Shown here piece after piece: positions 14,040 through 26,530 of a DNA stretch of 64,000 bases. The stretch comes from Octopus sinensis. Taxonomy: Eukaryota. Both the position numbers and the translations under genes were made by a program. The stretch spans positions 74,772,001-74,836,000 of the forward strand of contig NC_042999.1 in the NCBI RefSeq assembly GCF_006345805.1. Direction: 5' to 3'. Position 1 is the stretch's first letter; each line of letters starts with the position of its first letter. The notes beneath the pieces were generated by a model. The model saw only the letters and a program-made list of their open reading frames with translations. It was not told the DNA's origin and did not search any database.

Positions 14040-15060
14040 AAATGAGGTTTATTTTCCAACGTAGTCCACTTGCTGTCCACACACGTCTTCCATCACTGCT
14101 GCAATGCTTGAATCCCATTGGTGAACAAGCTTTTAACCTGTTGGTCAAAAATGTCATCAAAAGTAGATGTAACATCATTATCACTGCGACTCTGGTTTGC
14201 AGCCAAATGTTTTGTCATGTTTGAAAACAGACAATAATCAGATGGGGCCAAATCAGGAGAATAGGGAGGCTGATCCACCAGTTTAAACCACAGTCAGGCT
14301 TTGCAGTCATTAAAATCAAGGACTTGTGTACTGGAGCATTGTCCTGATGAAACAAAACTCCTTTCGTCAGTTTTCTTGGGCGTTTGGCTTTCATAGCCTT
14401 TTGTAACTCTCACGGCATATTGGTGTAGCCCTTTTCAATAAACACAATCCATTTTGCATCCCCAAAACTGAGGCCTTCAATTGCCCTGCAGATGAAACAT
14501 CCTTGGCCTTCGCTGGAGAAAATGAGGGGTATTTACACTGCCTGAATCATCTCTTAGTCTCTGGCTCAAAGTGATGACATCAACACTCATCCTGGATTAA
14601 GAAACATCCAGGAAAACTATTTGAATCTGCCTTAAACAATGTCAGATCTTCCCGTGATGTCATCAGGTTGGTGTGCTTTTGATCAGAAACCTCTGTCATG
14701 CTGAGTTCATCGTGCAAAATATTCTCAACTCTTTCATGGGATGTGCTGATGGCATTGGCTACTTGATCTATAGTCAATTGCCTATCATCCATTACCATAT
14801 GGTAAATACAATCAATGTTTTCTTTGGTGATGGCACTTGCCCGACGTCAAGACCTTGGGTCATCTTCAAGACTCTCTCTTTCCTCTTCTAAATTCAGCTG
14901 CCCACTTTTGTACTGCTGATCTTATAGTGTCACCCCATAATGTAGCAACAATGTCAGCATGAATGTCGTTGGGGGTTAAAAACTTTTTCTGCGGGTACTT
15001 GTTAACTCCACAATGTTGCATTATGTTCATTTGCAAGAGAAGTCATAACTACTTACTTTT
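14040..15060 (-). mobile_element. Decayed mariner transposon
   Basis: ORF 14093..14278 DQPPYSPDLAPSDY (YSPDL motif); ORF 14580..14798 DDRQLTIDQVANAI (HTH region); RGRESLEDDPR-like segment near 14870. TIRs not recognisable. Confidence 0.85.
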
Positions 15061-15107
15061 AAAGTCTTTGAGAAGTCACATGTCAGTTTGGTTGGAAAGA
15101 AACATTA

Positions 15108-15890
15108 CATCATCATCATCATTGTCGTTTAATATTTGCTCTCCATACAGGCATGAGTTGGATGGTTTAACTAAGAACTAGCAAGCCAGGGAGCTGCACT
15201 AGGTTCCAATATGATTTGGCATGGTTTCTACTGCTGGATGTCTTTCCTAACACTAACCACTCCGAGAGTGTAGTGAGTGCTTTTCACGTGCCACCGGCAC
15301 CGGAGCCAGTTAGACAGTTTTGGCATCATCCACGCTCGAATGGTGCTTTTTACATTCCACCGAAACGGGTGTCAGTCAGGTGGCACTGGCATCATCCATG
15401 CTCGAATGGTGCTTTTTATGTCACTGGCACGAGAACCAGTCAGGTGGAACTGGCATCAGCCATGCTCTAATGGTGTTTTTTACGTTCCACCGTCATGAGT
15501 ACCAGTCAGGCAGCACTGGCATTGGCCACGACTACAATTTCACTCAGTTCAACAGGTGTTCACAAGCACGGCATATCGGCCAATGATGAAAGGGTGGTTT
15601 TAAATGGCCCAGTTATGCAACACTGGCATCGGCCACGACTACGATCTTACTTAGTTTGCCAGGTCTTTTCAAGCATGGCATATCTCCAAAAGTGTCGGTC
15701 ACTTGCATTGCCTCTGTGAAGTCCAACGTTCGAAGGTCATGTTTCACTACCTCATCCCATGTCTTCCTGGGTTTACCTCTTTCAAAAATTCCCTTCACTG
15801 TTAGGGTGTGACACTTCTTCAAGCAACTATCCTCATCCATATGCATCACATGACCATACCAGTGCAGTCGTCTTTCTTGCACAATGCATG
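15108..15890 (-). mobile_element. RTE LINE 3' end with four ~65-bp tandem units in the 3' UTR
   Basis: ORF 15613..15882 QERRLHWYGHVMHMDED...RGKPRKTWDEVV; (CAT)n on the plus strand is the tail. Confidence 0.85.
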
Positions 15891-16099
15891 CAATATTTCA
15901 TAGCTCTTTCATTAATCCTTCATAGTCAGCTTATGAATTTTTTTGCCCATCCTCATATGCAACATTTAGGCTAACTTGATGATTTTTTATGTCACCTTTT
16001 TTCAATAACAGCTTGATGTTTTGGTGAACAATCAATAGTATTGGAGAGCATGACGATTAAAGAGGTAGTTGAGAAAAAGTTAGATGGCATGAGAACAGG

Positions 16100-16539
16100 A
16101 AACCATCTAACTATTGGAAAAAGGTTACCAGTATCATAATTATTTGCACCAGATATCAAAATGTCAACATTATGCCCACTGATCAATACTTTGTAAACAC
16201 TGTAAAGGCTGTATGATGTGAGATGAAGATCATGGAAACCAATTTCTCCCAAACTGTGATGGTTTTTGGGTGTGTCTCTAGTGTGGGTGATGTCATTCCA
16301 CTCCACATCTTTGAATAGTGCTTTATGCTCAGTTTTGACAGCTGTTTGAAGCTGTTGGAAACTGTGGTCAGACTCTAGCTGGAGGCAGTTGCTGCAAGAA
16401 GACCATATGTCTGGAAGCAAGATTTGGCTCCTTGCCATACTTCTGGAAAGAGTCAGAAGTGGTTGCCTGAGAATTTCTATAACTTTACTAGCCCCCATTT
16501 CTGGCCTCCTTATTCTCCTGGTTGTAATCACATAGATTA
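16100..16539 (+). mobile_element. maT/Bmmar1-like (DD37D-type) transposase fragment
   Basis: Plus strand reads TVMVFGCVSSVGDVIPLHIF...RPYVWKQDLAPCH...WLPENF...WPPYSPGCNHIDY, with internal stops. Confidence 0.75.
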
Positions 16540-17395
16540 TGTTGTAGGAAAAATCGTACACTCCATCCCACGTGACAAAGTGGGATGAACCAGCCGCTAC
16601 AAAAGTCAGACAGTCAGTCGTTGTAGGAAGTCAGTAGTAGTAGAATCATCGTATGAGTTCTTAGTTGGAGCCAGTGTCGGTTACATGATATATACGAGTT
16701 TGAGTTATTGTTAAGATAGACGCTCAAATCATTGTCTTGCGGAGCTATCAACAATAGCACAACAGACATGTCAAAGATAATAAGATGCGAAATATCACCA
16801 CAATATAATAGTGGCGATAAGTAAATTATAGTACTGACAACAGTTTACAAGCGGATGAAGATCCACATTATAACAATGTCGACGAAGATATAAACAATTC
16901 ATGCAAACAACGTTGAAAAAAAGAATTTTTTTCATGAGTAAAACAATTTACATGGACAACAATGAAAAAATGTTCACATGGAGATATTAAAACTTCAAGA
17001 GGAGTAACAAACATTTTTATTGTATGTATTTTACGAAAAATCCGTGAAATTAGGGAAAACCTGTTAGAGGGTTTAGTTGAGTTGTAAAAACAGCAACAAC
17101 AACAATTCAAAGACCAAGAACAACAACAAATGTTACAGCAACAAATGCTATAACTAATGAAGTCGGTAACAAAACTGAAAAATACCTTTTCACCAGACCA
17201 TGTAGCAAATTCTATAAATGAATTTAAATATAACTGAGAAGAAGGAATCACTTTCGAGGCATATTACCGAAGATTTGAACAAATATTCGTAAAAGAATGT
17301 TAAGACTGGACAGGCGAAATGAAAAAACCTCTAATTCTGAGGAAACTGGTGGCGATAAAGCATAAGAAATACTGTATCTTTGCCTAAAACCGTAT
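16540..17395 (+). mobile_element. Ty3/Gypsy fragment: 5' LTR (16540-16875), PBS-like site and gag N-terminus
   Basis: LTR has TGTT...AACA termini; tgtcgacgaagat follows (resembles a TGGCGACGA PBS). Gag-like FSPDHVANSINEFKYN*EEGITFEAYYRRFEQIF...RKL. 3' portion absent. Confidence 0.7.
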
Positions 17396-17582
17396 ACTCT
17401 GCACTGTGGTTGGCATTAGAAAGAGCATTCAGCCATAGAAATACTGCCAAAACAGACACTGGAGCTGGACAAGTCCTTTGACCTGTCAGATCCTATCAAA
17501 TCATTCAACTCTTGGCAGTATAATAGAATATGGACACTAAGCAATGATGATAATGGTGATGTTGATATGTGCGTGCGTGTGT

Positions 17583-17630
<48 letters not shown>

Positions 17631-19130
17631 CAGTATCATTTTCATCTTTTTTTATCCATTTTAATGCTGAAATGGTTTGGATGGGCCATCATGGCTTGAC
17701 TTCTTAGAAGGTACTACAATGTCCTTGGATGTTTTCAAATACTTTCTGCCATTGGATGCTCTTCATAACACCAAATACTTTACAGAGTGTTCTGAATGCA
17801 TTTTATCATGGCACTGGCACTGAAGAGGTCACAAACTTCTCAAAATAACAACACTAAAGGGACTTCTTGTTCCTATGTTGCCTCTACTTATTAGTCATTC
17901 ATCAACTACATCACAGTGTGTTCAGTATGCATTTCATCATGGCATTAACAGTAGTAAAGTTGCCTGGTATTTTGAAGCATGTAAAAGACTGCATTGTCCT
18001 TCATCACCCACTTTTGTTTTTTACCAGCAGAAATAATTGTTCCCTAAACTTTCTCCAACTTGTTCAATTACATTTTCAGGTCACCGACCTTTGCAGCTAA
18101 TTAGGTCACCTAGATTAACAGAAGTTACCTATTACTGCTAGAGAGCTTTCAAGGTATTTAAGAAAATCTAGTTTTTGTGTCTCTGTGGACTTATGAAGTC
18201 TACTTTCTCTGTGAGCGTACTTGATATCTCACTATATAGTTTGTGTGTCCATAGTTTACACAAGGTACGCCATATAGAATTATTACCCCCTTCATTTCTG
18301 TATACTGAGCATGGCCAATTCACTGACATTTGATTTGGCCCTTTCTTATTTTCTACTTGCTGTCACCTTAATCTTTGCTATGTTTACTTTGAAGGTTCTC
18401 TGTAGATTTGGCAATAAATCAAAAAGAATATTACATTAATAATACATCCCAGTCCCCAAAATTGATTCAGAAAAAGGCTAGAAATACATTCCTATACTGA
18501 TTTAATAAATTTATAAGTTCTATGGTGTTATATCATATCTCTTATATACAGATTGTTCAACATATTCTAGTACACAGTTCATATCCTCATTGGAATACTC
18601 ATTTATGTTTGTGACATGTGACAAAAGCATTTAATTCTTGTAAAGGATAAGTCAAGAAAATAAAGTTTATGTCTGTCAGTAGCTGGAGCATTGTAAAATT
18701 GATAAGTGTTCTGATAGTTTGAAATACTGGATTTAAGTTCCTTTGTGGTGCCTTAGAAAACACTGGGAAAATAATTTGGTAATTAGATTCAGACCAAAGT
18801 CATTATTATTTATATTGAATTTAAACTGTAGTTTTAATTAAGAATTAGTGAAACTAAGTTATATTGCATGAAACTAAGATACATTCCAAAGATCCATTGC
18901 ATAGAGAAAAATACTCCAGTGTTTCATTAATGAGAGCCCTAAAATTCTTGAAACTCCCTATCATCAAGATTGATTATTTCTATCATAGACATAAGACATT
19001 GCTAGTCATTGTAAAAGTACCGTTGATTTTATAACTGATTGTTGTGCATTATCAATCATCCATTTGTTTTCATAAAAATATTTCTCTGTGAATATGCTTA
19101 TCATTTGAAGAGAAAAACTATTTGACCATA

Positions 19131-19540
19131 GGCACAGGAGTGGCTGTGTGGTAAGTAGCTTGCTAACCAACCACATGGTTCCGGGTTCAGTCCCACTGCG
19201 TGGCATCTTGGGCAAGTGTCTTCTTCTATAGCCCCGGGCCGACCAATGCCTTGTGAGTGGATTTGGTAGACGGAAACTGAAAGAAGCCTGTCGTATATAT
19301 GTATATATATATGTATTTGTGTGTATGTTTGTGTCTGTGTTTGTCCCCCTAGCATTGCTTGACAACCAATGCTGGTGTGTTTACGTCCCCGTCACTTAAC
19401 GGTTCGGCAAAAGAGACCGATAGAATAAGTACTGAGCTTACAAAGAATAAGTCCCAGGGTCGATTTGCTCGACTAAAGGCAGTGCTCCAGCATGGCCACA
19501 GTCAAATGACTGAAACAAGTAAAAGAGAAAAGAGAAAGAG
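19131..19540 (+). mobile_element. tRNA-derived SINE (same family as 2342-2743)
   Basis: ggcacaggagtggctgtgtggtaag head, B-box-like ggttcagtccc, aaaagag-repeat tail. Confidence 0.9.
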
Positions 19541-19545
19541 AATAC

Positions 19546-19682
19546 CTGAAGTTTGCCAGCTCCTTGCTGGAGATAATAATCAAAGAATAAACTATGGCCT
19601 GCTGGGGGTTCAACATTTGGAAAAGAAAGATGTGTCACGTCTTCAGGTTTGCCATTTATAGAATCAACATACATGTAATAGT
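19546..19682 (-). CDS. MAM-array gene exon: middle part of MAM domain 3
   Basis: ttttcttgcttttctttcag acceptor, gtattc donor; 137 nt, phase 1-0. (H)YYMYVDSINGKPEDVTHLSFPNVEPPAGHSLFFDYYLQQGAGKLQ carries the MAM YMY and LxFxY motifs. Confidence 0.88.
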
Positions 19683-20381
19683 CTGAAAGAAAAGCAAGAA
19701 AATGGGAATTAAAGGACAAAACAATGACATGTTCATTACTAGTTTCTTTTATTGCCAAAAAAGTAGTTGATAAGGAACACTATAAGAACAAATGACAGCA
19801 TTATTTCCTCCTCTTCCTTCTCTTATTTTGATTGTGAATGTTAACGTATGATGGACTCTCCTGTGGAAGATGATGTATATGTGTTCAGTTTTTGCTGAAT
19901 GTCCTGCACAAGTGAATTGTTTATAGTAATCAAATGCTTGTGCTGTACATAAGCTCCCTCCCTCCATTCAATCGACATTTGCTGAACAGATGCGTGGTGT
20001 ACAACATGTCTGGTGTCGAAGTGTTCACAGAGCAACGTGAGATGAAGTGTTTTGTTCAAGAATACAATGCACCATCCAGTCTAGGAACTGAAACTATGAT
20101 CTCATGATCATGAATGCAACACCCTAACCACTAGGCCATGTGTCCTGAATGCATTCACTACTACTACTACTGCTGTGGTAGCAACTGTAAGTAGTAGTAG
20201 TAGCTTCAGCAGCAGTTGGAGGAGTAGGAGAAGCACTATAAATATCTCAAATTTAGTAAAATGTCAAAATATAATGGATTTTTTAAAGAGGAAATTTTAC
20301 TGAAGGTATCTTAACCTTAATAATAACTATTTGATAACGGTTTACAGAATATATGATAATGCATTATAATATCTGACTTAC

Positions 20382-20534
20382 GTCTGTCATTTGAGTAGCG
20401 ATGAAGATATGGAATCTCTCGGTAATCTGAAGAAGATCCTTGGCTCCAGTTATATCTGGTATTCTCTGGACATTTAACTTGGAAATTGCACAGATGTACT
20501 TCTTTGAATTTGCAAAAATGGTATGTAAGACCCA
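20382..20534 (-). CDS. MAM-array gene exon: N-terminal part of MAM domain 3
   Basis: gtgtttcaacag acceptor, gtaagt donor; 153 nt, phase 1-1. GLTYHFCKFKEVHLCNFQVKCPENTRYNWSQGSSSDYREIPYLHRYSNDR, similar to the 57480-57638 exon. Confidence 0.88.
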
Positions 20535-21146
20535 CTGTTGAAACACATGATCAATAAAATTAGTGAATTTATAGAAGACAAAATAAAATGGAAAATCATA
20601 TAGTTAATTTAAATCATCAAATAATTTATTTGAAATATAAGCTTTGAACAATGAAAGTATAAGAATGTGCAACAAGAATAGTAAATTTATTCAATATTTT
20701 AAGTCTGATAAGTTCAAATTGGGAAATGAAAAATGTTAAATTAATGGTATTACATTTCCCTTGAAGACTTTAAATCACATTACATTCTCTGATATGACCG
20801 TTGATAAAAATAACATAAATTTGCATATTAAAAAAGAATCAAGCATACAAAGCATAAGACAACTGAAAAATTAGTTGAAAAACTGTCTCAAGAATTTATA
20901 GGTTAATATCAATGTCATTCCCTGCTCATCTTTTTATTATACTCTATGTTTATGGAACTTTCCATGATAGTTCTGATATTGTGTACAATTAACATTTCAT
21001 TTTAAAGATTTTATTTCATGTTTAGAACTTATTAAAGACAAAATATTGAATAGACTTTTTATTCTTCAACATCGTGGTACTTATCATTATTCTTCTTTGT
21101 TTAAAACTATGCATTCATATTATCAAAAATAATAACTCCCGTATTA

Positions 21147-21823
21147 TCTACCTATATAAAAGAGGAAAAAAACTTGCACACTTTGACTTTGTTAAGGATT
21201 CAATGACACTAGACATGCTAAGATTGAGCTGAAAATTGGCAAGGATACTAAATGCGTGGTGAGGATGCGACCCGCGATGGTTAAAATTTGCAAGCTATAA
21301 AGATGTGGTTGCTATGGCAAAAATATTGATTTTTAAAAATATTTCAGCATTCAGAAATAGATATGTTTTAAGGGGAACAACTCAGTAGTTTCAATGATTA
21401 CATTTACAAGTAACGACTGTGCATAAATATCAAGATTACTTATCTGTTGCGAAATAATGTGTGTGTGCATGTGTGCGTGTGTGCGTGCATGAGTGTGTGC
21501 ATGTGTGTGTGTGTGTGTGTGTGCATGCATACGAGCGCGAGAGTAGCTGTTAATTCAATCGAACATAAAGAAATAAAAAAAGGAGTTAAAAAAGCAATTA
21601 ATAATCTTAAGAATAAATACATCAAACTTGATAGTATAAAAGGTAGCAAAGAATGATAAAAGATAGTAAGAGTAGAAATTAATATTATTTTTAGCATATA
21701 AGGGATCCACTGAGTGGTCTCTACTCTTGTCTATCTACCTATATAAAGAGGAAAAAAACTTGCATACTTTGGCTTTGGTAAGGATTCAATGGCACTAGAC
21801 GTGTTAGGATTGAGCTGAAAATT
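21147..21823 (+). mobile_element. Two direct copies of a Helitron-like 5' end (21147-21237 and 21734-21823)
   Basis: Both start A|TCTACCTATATAAA and share ~90 bp ending in ttgagctgaaaatt. Confidence 0.55.
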
Positions 21824-22243
21824 TACACACCTATAGAAGGCGTGGTGTAGTTAAGGCCAGAGTAGGTTTCAAGTCTCTATCTAGATAACAAAGGCCCAAA
21901 ACAATGCATTTTCTGCGAGTGAGTGGATGTCATACACTATTGCCTTGAGTTGTTGGATTCTATGCGTGACTGTGCACGTGTTTGCATGAATGCAACAGAA
22001 AAATGGGGCAAAAACACGTTCAATTTTTGTGTTTTTTGAAAAACAAGATATGAGCATATACGTAGAAAAATTTCCTGAATCGATTGGAGCAAGTTTGAAT
22101 TCTCTAGCTTGAAAAATGCAAATTCTAGCAGTTTTGGGTGTGCCATTTTAAGGAGTTCTCAGTTGAAAATGGTGTCAAAAATAGCTCAAAATAAGAGAAT
22201 TATTTTGCAGACTGAATTGCCACAAAAATCGAATGGGAAGTGC

Positions 22244-22613
22244 TCTTTATATATATAAAGCTGAAGTTGTCGGTGTATGGCAGGTTTGGTAGCCTTCAAC
22301 TAAAACCATCTCCTCCGAGACCCTGCGGTGCAAGTTGACCAAAATTGGGAGTATGATAGAAAAAGGCTTGCTCTTCATTCCATAGAAGAAAAAATTCCAA
22401 ATTATTTACATCAAAAAGATGCTTTTTTCTTTGCAAATCCCTATTTTTTTTACAATTTTTTGACTGCTGTGTCGCCATTTTTGGTGTATTTCAACCAGAA
22501 GAATGTTCACTTAAAGAGAATAACAAGCTACAAAATGCAAAATTTTTACTTTTCAAAAATTCCAATTCTAAAGGGTCGAAACAAACCTGAGCAATGCAGG
22601 GCGATACTGCTAG
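22244..22613 (+). mobile_element. Non-autonomous Helitron-like element (~370 bp)
   Basis: 5' TC followed by tttatatatataaag; 3' hairpin cctgagcaatgcagg, then CTAG|T at 22610-22614. Confidence 0.7.
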
Positions 22614-22984
22614 TACTATATAAATTTTCTTTTTAATTTCTGTAAGTTTCAACCATTCTAAATATTTTTAGAAGTTTGGTAGGTGATATAAAAGATTAAC
22701 TAGGATTACTTACTATTAGTATAAATATATTCCTAAAAACTCTTTTAGTAGAATATTTGAAAATTCAATGATCTGATGATAAAATTGAAACTATGGACTC
22801 TTGGTTTGGACAAAATTGATATATGTTTAAGTATGAGAGTGCATAGCTGAATGGCTAAGTAGTTCACTTCTCTAACAAAAGATTTTAGATTCTATTCTAC
22901 TTTCTTGGCATGTAGAGAAAGTTTCTGCTTCAAATCCTTGGATTAATTCAACCATTCTGAATGAACTGGGTAGATAGAAAAATA

Positions 22985-25900
22985 TGATCATCATCATCGT
23001 TTAACATCTGTTTTCCATGCTCACATGGGTTGGACGATTTGACTGAGGTCGGGAGAGCCAGCGGCTGCACCAGGCTCCTATCTGATCGAACAATATTTCT
23101 ACAGCTGGATGCCCTTCCTGATGCCAGCCACTCCAAGATTATAGTGGGTGCTTTTTACATGCCACTGGCACAAGAGCCAGTCAGGTGAGCCTAGCATCGA
23201 TCACATTTGGATAGTGCTTTTTATGTGCCACCAGCATGGAGGCCAGTCAGAGGGTACTGGTATTGGCCATGTTTAGATAGTGCTTTTTACGTGCCACCGG
23301 CACAGGAGCCAGTCAGGGAGTACTGGCATCAGCCACATTTGGATGGTGCTTTTTATGTGCCACTGGCAAAGGAGCCAGTCAAGGAATACTGGCATTGGCC
23401 ACATTCAGATGAAGCTTTTTACGTGCCAGTCAGGGAGCACTGGCCACAGCTATGGTATTGGTTTCACTTGACTCAACAGTCTTCTCAAGCATATCATATC
23501 ACCCGATACATTAGGAATACTCTTAACTGGGCCAGACATGCATAGCTGCGATCTCACTTTAGTTGCCGGGTCTTCTCAATCACAGCATATCTCCAAAGGT
23601 CTCGGTTTCCTGTCATTACCTCTATGAGGCCCAATGTTTGAAGGCCATGCTTCACCATCTCATCCTATGTCTGCCTGGGTCTAACACTTCCATAGGTTCC
23701 TTCAACAGTTAGTGAGTTACGCTTCCTCACACAACTGTCCTCATCCATACATAATACATGACCATACCAGCACAGTTGTCTCTCTTGTACACTACATTTG
23801 ATGCTTTTTATGCCCAACTTTTCTCTCAAGGCGCTTACACTCTGTCATGTATGCACACTGACATTACACATCCAGCGGATCATACTAGCTTCATTTCTTT
23901 CAAGCCTATGCATATCCTCAACAGTCATGGCTCGTGTTTCACTGCTGTGTAGCATGGTAGTTGACACACATGCATCATACAGTCTACCTTTTATCCTGAG
24001 CAAGAGGCCCTTAGTTGACAGCAGAAGTAGGAGTTCCCTGAACTTTGCCCAGGCTATTCTTATTCTAGCCACTACACTCTCAGAGCAACCACCCCCACTA
24101 CTGACTTGGTTGCCTAGGTAGCGGAAGCTATTAACTACTTCTAGTTTCTTCCCCTGGCATGTGACGGAATCTATTTTCTGTATATCTTCAGTGTTTATTG
24201 CCCCTGTGCACCTGCCACACACAAAAACTATCTTCCCGGTTAACCTTCCATTGATATTGCTGCACCTTTTATGTGTCCTTAGCTTATACTGGGTACATCG
24301 CATGGAGTTTCTACCCATGCCTTTTCTACAGATTGAGCAGGGCCATCTACCTGAAGGGGTTTGTGATTTGACAGCCTTCCTACTTACTAAGACTTTGGTT
24401 TTTGCTAGGTGAACCCTAAGGCACTTCAATTCTAGACCTTGCCGGACTTTGTCTCTAGTTCTGGCAGTGACTTAGTTATTAGAGCAAGGTCTTCAGCATA
24501 GAGTAGCTCCCAGGGGCATCCAATCTTGAATTGGAGGACTATAATGAATAAGAGGGGTGTTGAAGATTGATCCTTGATGGATCCATACTTCTACTCGGAA
24601 GTTTTCACTATACTCATTGCCAACCCTCACCTTACAGCATTCCTGTACAGGGCTTGTACAGCTCTTACCAATCACTTGTCTACCCCCAGTTTCCAAGTTG
24701 ACCATCAGATAACAGATTGGGGGACCGTGTTGAAGGCTTTCTCTGAGTCAACAAAAGCCAATTACATAGGTTTATCTTTGGCTAGATATTTCTCCTGAAG
24801 TTGCCTTAACAGAAATATATCATCAGTGGTGCTTCTGGCTGGCACAAAACCAAACTGCATCTCATCTAGGCAAACTCTCTCCCTAATTAGTTGGGCTGTG
24901 ACCCTCTCTGTAACTTTCATCACATGAATCAATAATTCAATACACCTGTAGTTATTTCTATCTAAAGCATCACTTTTCTTCTTGCAGCAGTTGATTATGG
25001 TGCTGCTACACCAGTCATTGGGTATGACTCCTTCATTAACCACCTGATTTATGATGTGGGTGACAATACCATAGCCCACACCGCCAGATATTTTAAGCAT
25101 CTTGCGGTGATTTCTGATGGGTGAGGTGCTTTTCCTGTCTTCATATCCTTAATTGCTTTATCTGCCAGGGTACAGTTGATTTGGGTAGCTGGTCTCTCAA
25201 TTGGGTCAACCTTTGGCAGACTCTCCTCCCCCCATTCTCCACATTCAGCAGTGTTTCATAATGGCATCTCCAAGCCTCTTTCTTTGCAGAATCATTAAAT
25301 GCAAGGGTACCATCATCCATGCAGACACATTTCTCTCCATTACATCATGGTTTTCTCTCACATACTGTCTTGCAATCCGAAATACTTGAGTTCTCTGGTT
25401 CTCATGTCGCTGAACATTGGCAAACTTCTTCTTTTCTGCTACTCCCTTGGCTATATATACCTGTCTTCTAGCTTCTCTTTTGCCTATCTGATACATTCTC
25501 CTGCTACCCCAACTCTTCCAGGCTTTCCAAGCCTGTTTCTTTACAGTATAGGCCCTGTCTACAGTATTGCTCTACCACCATGTTACCCTCTGCCTGGAAG
25601 GGACTTTGCACCAACCACAGATTTGGTCTGTAGCACTCAGCAAGCTGTCTCGCAGGAATTCCCAGCTGCCTTCTATGTCAGGACTGTAGCTCCTCCTCCT
25701 TATCATTAAATTTCTCAATAAGGATATCCCTAAATCTCTGACCACATGAAGGGTTCTTAAGCTTGCAATCCTTCTTTTCCAGATTGATCTGCTTTTTGGC
25801 ATCCTTCAGGCCCCAAGTCTAAAGTCACTAATAACTGGTCTATGCTGGGGGGCACATTCTTCACCAGGGAGGGTCTTTGTATTTAAGAGCAACTATGCAT

Positions 25901-26530
25901 CCCACTCTCTGGTAAGAATTAAATCAATCTGGCTAGCAGAGTCACCTGATTGAAAGATTATCAGGTGGCTAGCTGGCTTCCTGAAGTTGGTGTTGCAGAT
26001 CAATAGGTTATTTGCATCACAGAACTCTAGGAGTCTAGTTCCCTCTTCATTTCTGGTACTAACTCCGTGGCCCCATGTACACCATGGAAGATAACAGTTT
26101 GCTGTCTGACATGCCCATTAAAATCTCCAGCCACAAAGATGAGATCATTGTCACTTGTCTTTGAGGTAGCCTGCAGAAAAATATCATAAAAGTGATCTTT
26201 CTGTTCATTTGGTAGGCCCGATTATAGGGCATAGGCAGAGATAATTGTAGATATACCATTCTGCAAAACTAGCCTGGGTTTAAGTACTCTATCGCACACC
26301 CTCACTACCTCTATGACCTTATCTACCCATTTCTCTGCAAGAAGTATGCCCACACCCCTATTCCATTACTATTACCTTCCCAGAAGAGTTTATATCTATC
26401 TGCTTTGCTTGTGAGGACTCTGGCTGAAGCCCCTCTTCACCTTACCTCTTGCATGCAGCATACATCAATATGTCTCCATTCAAGCACATGTGGAAGGCTT
26501 TCTAATGGATCCCTGTACTAATCCTAGGAT
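22985..26530 (-). mobile_element. Near full-length decayed RTE LINE (APE, RT, 3' UTR tandem units, tail)
   Basis: APE AYA...GDFNGHV at ~26100-26240; RT NNYR.I.LL...MQFGFVPARSTTD...RQLQEKYL (ORF 24762..25100); C-terminal ORF 23845..24429; five ~63-bp units at 23150-23450. Confidence 0.9.

Noticed and set aside
15270-15530. Repeat-spacer-like array resembling CRISPR
   Set aside because: Units are similar along their whole length, sit in an RTE LINE 3' UTR, recur in several LINE copies, and there are no cas genes in this eukaryotic context.
15992-16561. 189-aa minus-strand ORF
   Set aside because: It is antisense to the maT transposase fragment on the plus strand.
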